DNA of 63,970 nt, the filler included, from Salisapilia sapeloensis CBS 127946 (taxonomy: Eukaryota; Protista; Oomycota): the NCBI GenBank assembly GCA_023334545.1. It is 10 parts of 10 records of this genome, joined end to end, with 100 filler letters (N's around TTAATTAATTAA, not from the genome) between each part and the next. Parts side by side here need not be neighbours in the genome. Positions count along the whole stretch, not along the records: positions 1 to 13,932 come from JAADVB010000392.1; positions 14,033 to 15,391 come from JAADVB010001177.1; positions 15,492 to 20,131 come from JAADVB010000661.1; positions 20,232 to 24,765 come from JAADVB010000667.1; 6 more parts are not named here. One strand, 5' to 3'. Within the stretch, counting starts at the first letter, position 1. Every line of letters begins with the position of its first letter. The notes under the pieces are model-generated. The model was not told the origin of the DNA, did not search any database, and saw only the letters and a program-made list of their open reading frames with translations. Position numbers and translations under genes: made by a program. Shown in pieces: positions 11,032 to 21,739 of the stretch.

Positions 11032-13932
11032 CTAGACACCGCCACCGGCGCCGGCGACTGGAGACTCGTAGATCTGGTAGTTCGAATGCGACTTGCCCCT
11101 CGATCGACTGAGGTTGCGACTGCGAGCACTGCCAGGTGTCCGCGCACTGCGACGTGATCGGCGTGTTCGTCGCAAGAACTCGCGTTCCGAAGCTTGCTCG
11201 ACCTTGGTGCACAGCATACCATTCTTCCGCGTGCCTGCGCCGACCAAGAGCACGAGCATCACGAGGCAGCAGCCAGCGAGTGCGTACAAGTAGATGTACT
11301 CGACGGATCCTGCTCCAGCGTCCGATCGAATGTAGAGTGAGATGACTGGCAGCAAGAAGAAGACCATGAAGTAGAAGGTCGTGTAGAACGTCCGTTGGCG
11401 CGTGGGGAACAGTCCGACGCACGAGACCCAGAGCACAGACGTCGTGCCGAGTCCAGCAAAGAAGAAGAAGAGCAGACCGACGATCTGGAGCATCAAGTAC
11501 TCGTCGTTTCCAGTCCACATCTTGACGCTCGAGTTGACACCAAGCAGCGCGACGCAGGCAGCCATGGGCAGCAAGGAGCAGATGAGGATACGCGCGTGGT
11601 TGACACGATCGATAAAGAAGAACGAGAGTAGAGCACCGAGTACCTGCAATGCAATGCAGTTAGCAAGCATCGATCCAGCGCCTTCAATCGTTTGGAACGT
11701 CTGTGTCAAGTACATGACGAGACATCCGGACATGAGGCCAGAGATGAGGATGGCAAAGAGACCAAGCGTGAACTTGAATACGTCGGCGAAGACCCCTTCC
11801 TTGCTGTTCGCCATTGCATCTTCCTCCCGGATCAATTGAAGCTCTTCACTCACACCTTCCTTGCGTCGAAGGACAGCGAGGCATCGTTCACACGACTCCA
11901 TGCCTTCCTTCATGTAGACCCAGTAGGGACTCTCGGGGAAGATGTAGACAGCAGGAGTCATGATCGAAAGCACTACCGTAGCGACAAAGACCTGCCAGAC
12001 CCATCCGATCTCGTTGGAAGAGCTCGTGAACCACGCGCCGATGGCTTCTCCACCGACAAAGCCAATGCCTAAGAGGAGCAGCGCCTTGCCACGCATATCA
12101 CGCGTCGACACTTCGTAAATGTAGATGGCCAAGGTCGGAAGCAAGAGACCGACACTGCAGCCGATCAAGGCGACACCAGGGAAGAGAAGACCATCTCCGC
12201 CGGACTGGACGGCGCTGAGAGCGACCATACCGAGAACAGAGAGCAGACCACCACAGACGATCGACAGTCGACGACCGATAAAGTAGGTGAGGACACCAGC
12301 CAGTAAGGCACCTCCGACAGCCGTGAAGTAGAAGACGTACGTGATCTGACCGTCTCCAGCGTTTCCATCCAACAATTCGTAAGACGTGACGTAGCTGATG
12401 AAGCCAGGACTCGTCTCCAATACAGTGAAGAGGTGGAAGAGCCATCCGCAGCCGGCACCACCGAGGATACCCATGAAGGCAGCGAGAGAGAACGCGTATT
12501 GGGAGGAAGCAGAGACAACGTCCGAGAAACCCTTGTTGTACATCATTCGCGTCTGGATGATGTTGAGGAACGGGATGCCAGACATGACGACAAGAGGGAT
12601 GATCATAACGAGACAGAAGACAAAGTCAAAGAGGAAGGCCAGTTGCTGGAAGACACCAGCACTCGTGATGCTCATGCTCTTGAACGTCACCATGCGCGCC
12701 ATCTCGTTGATGCCGTAGAGGCCTGCTGCGTAGCCAAAGAAGAGCGACAGAGCGTCACTGAATTCGACGTCAAAGACAGTGTACGCCACGACGAAGAAGG
12801 CGACGGCAGCGCAGATGAGAATCATGAGGTAGATGAAAGAACGAGCCAGTGGGTGCTTGGTGCGAATGCAGCTAGTCATAAATCCCAATGTGCCCAGGAG
12901 GACGATCGTACCGCCGATGGCAGCAAGGACGAAGAGCACGGCCATCATGTTCCATCGCAACGTAATGACGTACCACATGAGCAAAAAGTGTCTGCACTCT
13001 CGAAGGAAGACAGTTACGCGCGCGATGGGGCGGGTGTTGTAGTAGAGACTCAAGTCGGTCTTCCACCATCCGATCCATCCGCCACACATGGTCGAGTCTT
13101 CGTCTTCGTAGTTCTCATCCGCGTACATCCACGTGCACCAGGCCTTGACATCAGCCTTGGTCTTTTCCCAGTCGAGACCATCAGTATTGAAGACGAATGG
13201 AGACAAGAGCCAGATGCACGCGATGAACCAAATGGCAAACGTCTGGACGCCAAAGCCTTGGGACGTCGTGCAGTAGTCAAACGCGAACGAGTCGTTCTCT
13301 TCCGGCTTGTCGGCGCAAATGTTAAAGTCACCAAACGTCAGGTAGACGAGACAGAGACCAATGAGCTCAATGGCTTTGCGGTAGTGACTATTCGCATACG
13401 CCTTGTAGAGCAAGACGAAGGTTTCTCGTGTGATCTTGAAGCCTCGACCGGTCGCCTTGTACTGGGCTTCACCGTGGAGCAAGTTGTTGTCAAAGTAGTG
13501 CATGGTCGTTCCGACTTGGAAGACGAAGAAGGCAGGGCCGAGCGTGATGATCATTTCCAAGAGCTGCAAAAGACCACGGCGTAGACCCATTTCTCCAAAG
13601 TAGATCATGACCAGCGGCAGCGACAGGAACAGACCGGCTTGGATGTAGTACTGCGTGTTGATCACGGCATCACTGTCGTCAAAGACACGGTCGGGGAAGT
13701 CGTACTGTTCGTTGTTCATGATAATCTCTGTCGAGTTCATGTTGTAGATCATCTGCTTCTGGACACCTGCAAGTGCCATGTAGACCTTCGAGTACATGTA
13801 CACGAACGTCGTGACGATCGTCATCCACGTGGCAAAGTAAAAGCCTGTGTGGGAATAGTACATGGAGTTGAGACGGAAGAAGTCCATGAACTGACCCATG
13901 CGGTGGGCTTCACGCGCTAGAGACGTTTCACC
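11032..13932 (-). CDS. 1,3-beta-glucan (callose) synthase, GT48/FKS family, C-terminal part fused to an MFS sugar-porter-like domain (5'-truncated, copy B)
   Basis: Same architecture as 1-2910: HGEAQYKATGRGF, LYKAYANSHY, then GRR, IYIYEVSTRDMRGKA and FPESPYW. Frame is open to the contig end. Confidence 0.93.
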   Translation of the reverse strand, partial: GETSLAREAHRMGQFMDFFRLNSMYYSHTGFYFATWMTIVTTFVYMYSKVYMALAGVQKQMIYNMNSTEIIMNNEQYDFPDRVFDDSDAVINTQYYIQAGLFLSLPLVMIYFGEMGLRRGLLQLLEMIITLGPAFFVFQVGTTMHYFDNNLLHGEAQYKATGRGFKITRETFVLLYKAYANSHYRKAIELIGLCLVYLTFGDFNICADKPEENDSFAFDYCTTSQGFGVQTFAIWFIACIWLLSPFVFNTDGLDWEKTKADVKAWCTWMYADENYEDEDSTMCGGWIGWWKTDLSLYYNTRPIARVTVFLRECRHFLLMWYVITLRWNMMAVLFVLAAIGGTIVLLGTLGFMTSCIRTKHPLARSFIYLMILICAAVAFFVVAYTVFDVEFSDALSLFFGYAAGLYGINEMARMVTFKSMSITSAGVFQQLAFLFDFVFCLVMIIPLVVMSGIPFLNIIQTRMMYNKGFSDVVSASSQYAFSLAAFMGILGGAGCGWLFHLFTVLETSPGFISYVTSYELLDGNAGDGQITYVFYFTAVGGALLAGVLTYFIGRRLSIVCGGLLSVLGMVALSAVQSGGDGLLFPGVALIGCSVGLLLPTLAIYIYEVSTRDMRGKALLLLGIGFVGGEAIGAWFTSSSNEIGWVWQVFVATVVLSIMTPAVYIFPESPYWVYMKEGMESCERCLAVLRRKEGVSEELQLIREEDAMANSKEGVFADVFKFTLGLFAILISGLMSGCLVMYLTQTFQTIEGAGSMLANCIALQVLGALLSFFFIDRVNHARILICSLLPMAACVALLGVNSSVKMWTGNDEYLMLQIVGLLFFFFAGLGTTSVLWVSCVGLFPTRQRTFYTTFYFMVFFLLPVISLYIRSDAGAGSVEYIYLYALAGCCLVMLVLLVGAGTRKNGMLCTKVEQASEREFLRRTRRSRRSARTPGSARSRNLSRSRGKSHSNYQIYESPVAGAGGGV
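13792..13932 (-). repeat. Inverted terminal repeat of contig 1 (right arm)
   Basis: Exact reverse complement of 1-141. Confidence 0.97.
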
Positions 13933-14032
13933 NNNNNNNNNNNNNNNNNNNNNNNNNNNNNNNNNNNNNNNNNNNNTTAATTAATTAANNNNNNNNNNNN
14001 NNNNNNNNNNNNNNNNNNNNNNNNNNNNNNNN
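13933..14032. other. Artificial contig spacer (44N + TTAATTAATTAA + 44N). Same spacer at 15392-15491, 20132-20231, 24766-24865, 29664-29763, 50970-51069, 52370-52469, 58918-59017 and 62536-62635
   Basis: The same 100-nt pattern occurs nine times; TTAATTAATTAA places stops in all six frames. Confidence 0.99.
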
Positions 14033-15391
14033 CCGACACTTGACTTTGCTGCGCCTGTAGCAAGGCCGTGTGCTGCGACAGCGTGTGCAAATTGCCCAAG
14101 AAGAAGGCTTTCAGCTGGACACCAAAGTTCCTCCAGACACGTCGCTGGTACTGGAACCAAGTCACTTTTCTCCGCCGGCGACCGACTTGCTGCGACTGCC
14201 GGATGTCTCCAGGTGTACCTGGTGTCTGCGCCGGACTTCGGGATGTCGTAGGCGAGTCCAGCGCTCTCGCGACGGAGCTCTCGATGTCATGCTCTTGTGG
14301 AATGAACTCTTCGTCGTTTATATCGTCCAGTGCAAGCGCTCTATTGCCGCGGAAGTTGGCGACAGGGTCTAGAAACTTGTTGTTCGCCACGTCACGCAGT
14401 TCGATGAGCGTAAAGATGTCGCTGTCCTTTAGTGCAGAAGTGATCAGGACAGAGTTAAAGATAGCTTTCGAGTCATCGTATCCAGTCTCTGTGCCTTGTG
14501 CCAAGACGACGATTGCGGCAGCAGAGTACACGCCTGCAGCGACGAGGATGCTGTGCTTTTGAGGAGAGCCCTGGACATGATACACGTCTCCAAACTCCTT
14601 CAGCTGCATGCAGGAAATGTCGTCCACCTTTTCTTCATCGACGATAACCACCGGGACAATGCTCTCGACGTGAGGTGCTCGCAGCGGCTTCAAAAAATGC
14701 ATAAGCCCAGCGACAGACCTCGCGCCGCCACCGTCCGCGGCCATGTCACTGCAGACGACGATGTGTCCGCCTTTGGCCAGCACCGAAGACGGCGGAGTCA
14801 TATCGGCGTTCACCTTCTTCTTCTGTTCGCGTCGACTCAGGTGGATCTTGTCTCGAACGCTCTGAGGGATGCGGCGTTCGACAGCATGCTGGGCCATCTG
14901 AGATCTCATCCGGAGGTTACCGCTGCCCTGCATCATCAGCAGGTTGCGTGTCCCGACACTGAGCCCAGCGACAGTGCTCGACGGTCCGGCGAAAGGATCC
15001 AGCGCTTCCAATGACTCAGCGATTGCATACGCCTTGCAGTTTGCTGGCAGACGGAACCACCGACCGGGATTGAACCAGATCTCCGAGTCGAGTTCAATCG
15101 CGATCAACAGGACGAGGCCTTCCGACTGGCGGTGGATCCGCTGTGTCGCCTCCGTGAAGCGCATGCCGTAAAAGTGGGACGCCAAAGCGCAAGAGTAGAT
15201 CTCGTTGGCTGCTCCAGCCACGTACTCTGCCACCCACGGCTTGACGCGACCCTTGTCGTGCGCAGCGAGACTGTCGCTGCGACTCGTGATGAGGTTCGAG
15301 ACGAGTGTCGATAGGCCTGGACAGCGGCAACTGAGGCCCATGAGACCCAGACGCAGTTCGTCGTCGCACACGAGGTTGGACGGACTCATCC
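14033..15391 (-). CDS. Internal fragment of a BK/Slo-type potassium channel (RCK domains)
   Basis: CPGLSTLVSNLITSRS, AGAANEIY, GHIVVC, VYHVQGSP, AAAIVVLA and IELRDVANNKFL follow the Slo RCK1/RCK2 pattern. Open at both contig ends. Confidence 0.8.
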
Positions 15392-15491
15392 NNNNNNNNN
15401 NNNNNNNNNNNNNNNNNNNNNNNNNNNNNNNNNNNTTAATTAATTAANNNNNNNNNNNNNNNNNNNNNNNNNNNNNNNNNNNNNNNNNNNN

Positions 15492-15632
15492 CTTGTTGTC
15501 TACTTTTATATTTCTTTATGTTTCTTGGCATTGATCGAGATGTGGAAACCTAGACTTTATTTGGTGTTGACATCTGCCATTTTGGTCGTAGCTATCTACT
15601 ACCTCTTCCTATACCCCAGCTCTGCTTGTAAA
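15492..15632 (+). repeat. Inverted terminal repeat of contig 3 (left arm; partner 19991-20131)
   Basis: 141 nt identical to the reverse complement of 19991-20131; diverges at position 142 (actctcgtg vs gctctccga). Confidence 0.97.
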
Positions 15633-15935
15633 ACTCTCGTGTAGACAAAGCGTAAGCAAGAGGGACGAATAGAGTGCTCGCATGCTGAAAGTACACATGT
15701 AAGGAACCTAAAGATAATACGCTGAGGTAATGTCCATGCAGAGAATAGTCCCTACAAGGTTCCTACCTACTCCCTACAGCAGCATAAATAACTAGAGAAG
15801 CTAGGAACCTAATTGAACGCAATAGCTAGTGCCAATAAATCATAAACTCAATACCAACTCATCAGTCTTCATGTCTAGGCATGTTGTTCCAAATTCTCTT
15901 TTCCTTGCATCTTTCGATGATCAAACGCTCGAGAC

Positions 15936-17100
15936 TTAACCGTCCAAGGCCGTGGCACCCGAGATAATTTCAATCAACTCGGTCGTAATACGCGCCTGAC
16001 GAGCCTTGTTGTACTGGAGCGTGAGCGTCGAGATCAAGTCCTCGGCGTTGCTCGTAGCGTTCTCCATGGCCGCCATACGCGAACTCTCTTCACTCGCACC
16101 GTTCTCCACCATGCCTTCAAAGACAGCGCTGGCCGTCATGAATTCACGCAGGTCGGTCAAGACTTCTTCCGCCGAGTCCGGTTCGACCTCGTACTGGACG
16201 AACGTGTCGCTGTTCGTCGGGTCGAGCATCACGCTACGGATGGACGGCGAGTAGGCAATCGCCGACTCGTACTTGTTGTACACAACGTGCACACGCTCCG
16301 TCTCCTTGTTGGAGGCACTGGCGAGGATGCTCTCGGCAATGGCCGACGCAACCGTGAAGTTCGGCGGCGTCTGGTAACACTCGGTGACGTTGCCACGGAT
16401 GGACGGCGAGTAGTCACGACGGAGCTGGGCACGGGCCTTGTCACCGACGACAAAGACAGACTTGTTCGGGGCAATGCCTCCGACCTGACGACGCGTCGCC
16501 TTGGAGACGGCAGAGTTAACACCACCACAGAGACCACGGTCACTGGAGACGACGACGAAGACGTCATCCGTGTCCGCGAGCTCTTCCGCCGGGATGAGGC
16601 CATCCGTCTCGATCACACGGTTCGGGACGTCAGCGTTATCCATCCATTTCTAGTAGATACTATTAGAACGAGGTGTACAATAGGATCGATGGGTAAAGAG
16701 TACGGCAAAAGGACGCATGCCGTTAAGACGGGCTTCAGCACCACGCATCTTAGAGGCGGAAACCATTTTCATGGACTTGGTGATTTTAGCAATATTGGAC
16801 GTCGACGTAATACGCATGACCACTAGAATAAAGGATTAGAACAAGATAGGATACTCCTAAAGAGTACTAGATGCGTACATTGCTTTTCAGTGGCCATACC
16901 ACGGACCTGCTGGCCGGTAGCACTATGAAAAGGAACACGATGTCGTGGTTAGTATCGTATTTGACATGCTGTCTATCGACTTCTACGAGCTGCATATACA
17001 AGCAGACTTGGAGACAAAGTCGACTACATAGACTAGAAGGAAAGGGAATCTAGACGTACCGCATGGCAGGCGCCACAGCTTTCTTCATGGACATCGCCAT
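15936..17100 (-). CDS. ATP5F1C: Mitochondrial ATP synthase gamma subunit
   Basis: Upstream exons give MAMSMKKAVAPAMR...RGMATEKQ...VMRITSTSNIAKITKSMKMVSASKMRGAE; the main exon has SSDRGLCGG and SRMAAMENATSNA...YNKARQARITTELIEIISGA. Confidence 0.97.
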
Positions 17101-17282
17101 CGCTCTCTTGTTTCGTTCGTTTGGGTCGAGGGAAGATGGACGGCCCTTAAATGAGCGGTTCGTATCCCTCGTCTATCATTCGTGCAAATCCCACATCTTT
17201 CCATACGATTGGATAAAAACACAACATCTACTTGTCCACAAAACACCACTAACTAAAGAAAAGAGTACCTAAGAAATACATT

Positions 17283-19652
17283 TCATTCTTCCAACGGCAG
17301 ACCGACCTCTTCCTCCGGATCCTGAGACGATGTGCTATATGCACGCTTCCACATGCTCCCAGGCACCGTCCCAATACCTCCATTTGACATGGCATATTGG
17401 GCCCCAGGGAAACTCGTAGCGAACGACGGTGTGCTCTGACCTTTCTTCTCCATCTCCTTCTTGCCTTCTTCAATCAGCTTCTCTAGATCCAAGAGAGAAG
17501 CAGGTTGGACCATGTCCTCGGGAGCGACGTTGCAACCTCCATCCGGCTTGACGTCCGTCTCCTCAATCTCCACGACGCTCCCACGTCGACTCTTCATCCG
17601 ACCTTGAGATCGAGATCTAGAGCGTGTCGATGGAGACGAAGCCGGCAGCGACACAGATCGACCGAGGGATGAAGGAGACATGCCAGGAGAAGTGCCCGGA
17701 GACGAACGAACGGCATCCACTGGTGTCTGTGGATTCAAACTAGAGTAAAAGTCTCGTGCGTGGTCCATCGAATGGGAGCGCCAAGTGCCACCAAAGTGCG
17801 CCGTCTGGTGGCACAGCGTCTCGGCCTGTTCAAACGACTCGTCTGCTTCTTCAAACTTGCCGTCTGCCACGCGCCAGACGCCCAGTTCATACTGCACTAG
17901 AGCTTCCGTCGCATGGTCACCAATCTCTTGGCACAGACGAAGTGCTTGGAGCAGCTCTTCCTCCGCACTTGCGCGTTGGCCACCTTGCTCCAGCAGTCGA
18001 GCACTTAGATGACGTGCAGTGACTTCAGCGTCAGCGTTGTGTGTCGCCACGGCGCGTTTGATAGTCCACTTGAGCAGTTTCAACGCCTTTTCACGCTCGT
18101 TACCACACTCGGCCATGGCGAGAGCATGCGTTTGGGCGCTTAGGAGACGTAGTTTGGCCCATTCACTACTAAGATAGGCTCCTGCCTGCTCCTCACTCTT
18201 TTCCAATGCCTTACAGAGCTCATGTGCCATGGAGCTGAAGCGCAAGGGATGTGCTCGGTGGTTACAGCGACGGATGCCGGACAAGGCGATGAGTTCTCGG
18301 ATGAGCACGAGGAACGTGTCGTGAAGGAGCGCTTGGATCGTTAATAGAGCACGATCACTGTCTTCTCCCTTCTCTGTCACAAAGGACGCTGGGTACGTGG
18401 CTTCAATGCCGCCAAGACCAGGAACAACTTGCTCCAAGATCCACGTTTTCAGCTGCGCATTCTCCAACAAATCCTGCGCTGTGAGCGATCGAGGTAGCAT
18501 GCTTTCCGCGACGACTGGATCTAGCTCCAACGCCGCATGCGTAGCTGGTTCCTGCAGAGCTTTTGCTAATAAATGTAACGTTGAATCCATCGCACGTTCG
18601 AGTTCATGTGCTTCCAATGCGTCAGCACAGACGTGGTGGACGTTGTAGTGTTTAATCTGGTCAAACTTCTGGAGCAAAGGGTCCTTGGCAATGTCCGAGA
18701 TGGCAGCGTATAGTCCTGGGATGCTCTCATGCTCCACTCGTCTCGCTGCCGTTTCCATCGACTGGTTCTCTTCAAACACTGGAGACGAGAGATCAAAGGC
18801 GTCGGCGACGGAGGCAGCAGTGGTGAGCAGAGCAGGCACTTGGACGTGCTCCTGCAGATCAAAAGCCAGTTGTCGATCCAGCAAGATCAAGCGGCGGTCC
18901 TCAGGAGCGTAGTAAAGAGCGCGACGAACGTATTCGCGAGCGCCGGTGAAGTTGCAGAGGCAACGCGCACACTGCGCCGCAAGGATATGGGCGTCCGTCA
19001 TGGCGGGTTCGAGTGCCAGTGCCGCCGTAGCGTCTTCTTGGGCCTTACGCACGGCAGTCATATCGTCCGGCGCTCCCTCCGACATCTCACTAATGTTGCT
19101 TCCATTGCTGCTCATGCGCCTGTGAAGTCTGGATCTCGAGCGCGAGCGAGATCTAGCTCTCGAAGGTGACGGCGACGCGCTGTTTCCGGATGGGAAGAGC
19201 GGGCCGAGACGCGCAAAGTCGCATTCATAGTATTCGCCGTTCGGATCTGGGATGCTTGCGGTAGCGTCAAAGTTGACGGTACTGAGCAACCAGGCGGCGC
19301 GACGACAGAAGAGGACGGCGATGCGCTGGTTGGAGCGCTCCGGCGGCGCGTCCTCCTCTTCCTGGTCGGCGGCAGGCGCAACGTGAATGTAAAGATCTTC
19401 AATTTGCTGCTCGTAGTCGTCCATAGAAGCTTCGGACGTGGCGAGCGACGTCGCAGAAGCGTTCGCGATATCATGTCCGAGCGGCGGATCGGCAGCCGGG
19501 ACGCTCGCGCGGCCTGGTATGGTCTGCGGCGCACTGCGGTTTACTGGCGGCTGCATGTAGCTCATTGTGCGAAAACTTGTGGGACGAAAGTGGTAGTGGG
19601 GGCGAGAAACGAGTAGACGAAAGGAAAGACTTTGGAAATGGCGCAGTTTCAT
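17283..19652 (-). CDS. Hypothetical protein with TPR-like helical repeats and two RS-rich linkers (true start probably the ATG at ~19565)
   Basis: 789-aa ORF with TPR-like segments (AQCARCLCNFTGAREYVRRALYYAPED; AEEELLQALRLCQEIGDHATEALVQYELG) and two SRSRSR tracts. Confidence 0.6.
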   Translation of the reverse strand: MKLRHFQSLSFRLLVSRPHYHFRPTSFRTMSYMQPPVNRSAPQTIPGRASVPAADPPLGHDIANASATSLATSEASMDDYEQQIEDLYIHVAPAADQEEEDAPPERSNQRIAVLFCRRAAWLLSTVNFDATASIPDPNGEYYECDFARLGPLFPSGNSASPSPSRARSRSRSRSRLHRRMSSNGSNISEMSEGAPDDMTAVRKAQEDATAALALEPAMTDAHILAAQCARCLCNFTGAREYVRRALYYAPEDRRLILLDRQLAFDLQEHVQVPALLTTAASVADAFDLSSPVFEENQSMETAARRVEHESIPGLYAAISDIAKDPLLQKFDQIKHYNVHHVCADALEAHELERAMDSTLHLLAKALQEPATHAALELDPVVAESMLPRSLTAQDLLENAQLKTWILEQVVPGLGGIEATYPASFVTEKGEDSDRALLTIQALLHDTFLVLIRELIALSGIRRCNHRAHPLRFSSMAHELCKALEKSEEQAGAYLSSEWAKLRLLSAQTHALAMAECGNEREKALKLLKWTIKRAVATHNADAEVTARHLSARLLEQGGQRASAEEELLQALRLCQEIGDHATEALVQYELGVWRVADGKFEEADESFEQAETLCHQTAHFGGTWRSHSMDHARDFYSSLNPQTPVDAVRSSPGTSPGMSPSSLGRSVSLPASSPSTRSRSRSQGRMKSRRGSVVEIEETDVKPDGGCNVAPEDMVQPASLLDLEKLIEEGKKEMEKKGQSTPSFATSFPGAQYAMSNGGIGTVPGSMWKRAYSTSSQDPEEEVGLPLEE

Positions 19653-19990
19653 GCCACTGATAAAAACGAGTATGGGACAATTGTAAGCGGAAGCGACGGA
19701 TGGAAAGCGCTACGTGTGTACTTCCGACCGCAAATTCGATTGTGACGAGTTCTGTTTTCGTAAAGAACGTCGTCGATTTTTTCTACGGAGGAGTCTTTAC
19801 GCATTTTTAAGATCCGAGATACAAGATGCATGTAGGTGTATGAGAGACGAGCGGAAGGATACTGTTGGTTTTGGGGAGATGGGAAAGAGAGAGGACGGGA
19901 GTAGAGAAACGGATCGGAGCTCACGATAAAGGAAAGAAAATTGAACTAGTTATCAGGTATATGGAAACGGATATTCTACCTTCGGAGAGC

Positions 19991-20131
19991 TTTACAAGCA
20001 GAGCTGGGGTATAGGAAGAGGTAGTAGATAGCTACGACCAAAATGGCAGATGTCAACACCAAATAAAGTCTAGGTTTCCACATCTCGATCAATGCCAAGA
20101 AACATAAAGAAATATAAAAGTAGACAACAAG
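19991..20131 (-). repeat. Inverted terminal repeat of contig 3 (right arm)
   Basis: Exact reverse complement of 15492-15632. Confidence 0.97.
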
Positions 20132-20231
20132 NNNNNNNNNNNNNNNNNNNNNNNNNNNNNNNNNNNNNNNNNNNNTTAATTAATTAANNNNNNNNNNNNN
20201 NNNNNNNNNNNNNNNNNNNNNNNNNNNNNNN

Positions 20232-20621
20232 GTAGGGGCGGCGACGGTAGCCAAAGATAGGGAAACAATCCGTGATGACGCCGAGGAAAGCGTTCAGAGT
20301 CCATGGAAGTGTCGTGAGGACTTTTGCAGAGGATGTCGCGACTCCAGACATGCGCAGGTAGTTGTTGAGGAAAGGATATATCACACCGTATATGGACCCA
20401 TAGACAACACCAATACCAGCATATTGAATAAGCACACCAACATATTCACGGCTAAGGACATTGGGCGTTCCACCAGCGCGAATGGCGCCGTCTTCTAGCT
20501 CGTCTGTCTTGGGGGTCTTGGCATCAGCATAAGCGGGTGAGATAGCGTCGATATCGCGCTTTTCCTGCGAAAATCTCTCCACTAGTTCTTGATCGTGTGG
20601 TACTTGTTGTGAGCGAGGCAT
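20232..20621 (-). CDS. Folate-biopterin transporter (BT1/FBT family), N-terminal part, truncated at contig end
   Basis: LPWTLNAFLGVITDCFPIFGYRRRPY matches the BT1 family motif PW..K...G...D..PI.GYRR.PY. Confidence 0.85.
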
Positions 20622-21393
20622 TCGGGGCCAATTCGTCGCACGCAGGCAAAAAAGAGAATGACAGATCTGCGCGTCGTTCGTCTTCCGACAGGAAACAAGA
20701 GACGAGAAATCGAAGTTACTACAGCCAGTCAGAGCTCTCTGGGAGAGTTAGTGAATCCTTTTTCGTCTACTCAACCATGATCGAAAATGCTTCCGGCCTC
20801 GTTTTCACCAATTATAGGATGCTAAAGTATCATTTGCCAGTCAGATCCGACTTGGCACGCGCACAAGTATCAGTACCACGTCCAGACGCTGTCAGTTATA
20901 GTCGGGACAGTCGCCTACTGAAAACCAACAATTCTGAATCACTTCGCTGCTTGCGCTGAACAGTGACTACATTGCTACGATATCCATAAATGACAGAGAA
21001 GCTTGTGATCGGATAGTACTCATGCTAGCTCTAAGAATCCAGTAATAATTAACAGAAGATAAAAACTGATTAAAAATTGTACGGAAGCAGACGTTGATGC
21101 ATTTCCACCAAACGCAATGTTTATGATGAGACACTAATTCAACGTGAGCCATTGATCAAGTCTACAGAGCTGTCATGTCTTGAAATCGTTCTATCTTCTA
21201 TGCACAACAGCATCGAGGTAGTCCTCATGTTCAATGGAAACCCTGCGACTTCAATGTATAAAGCATAAAGATAAACTAAAAATACGACATCCGTACTATA
21301 TGATGTAGAAATACCAAGCAGTAGAGGCATTGAAAGCCGTCGGATTACTGCTTAGCATAATACTAAAACATTCAAATAATACTCTTAAAAAGA

Positions 21394-21473
21394 TGGCCAC
21401 TGTGGGATTCGAACCCACGCCCTTTCGGACCAGTGCCTTAAACTGGCGCCTTAGACCGCTCGGCCAAGTGACC
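21394..21473 (-). tRNA. trnL-AAG: tRNA-Leu (anticodon AAG)
   Basis: Reverse complement GGTCACTTGGCCGAGCGGTCTAAGGCGCCAGTTTAAGGCACTGGTCCGAAAGGGCGTGGGTTCGAATCCCACAGTGGCCA folds into a cloverleaf with a long variable arm; anticodon stem CCAGT/ACTGG, loop TTAAGGC. Confidence 0.96.
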
Positions 21474-21739
21474 TTGTGGAAACTTGAAGCTCAAAGTCGT
21501 ATATAAAATATTATGAAAGGCTTGTCGTTTATACCTGTGAATGGACGTAAAAGTTCTGTATTTTGTAGAATATGTAGATTAATATGCGTTATTTGTAGAA
21601 AGATGGACCTAATAATTCCTTGTAAACAGTTTGCTTTAATACTCAAATCAAGTCATTTTGTTCACAGGCATTCTTCTTGCTTCTCCCAGACGACTTTCCG
21701 AAGTAGCATGAACCCATCCGCTCTAAAAACTCAGGGCAA

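Noticed and set aside
13977-13988. Recurrent palindromic motif TTAATTAATTAA
   Set aside because: Always centred in an identical 100-nt N spacer; it is a six-frame stop linker added when contigs were concatenated, not biological.
20131-20232. Functional clustering across contigs (e.g. MCM5, XRCC2-like and ATR-like as a repair cluster; glucan synthase near GIP)
   Set aside because: The genes lie on different contigs joined artificially, so proximity carries no information.
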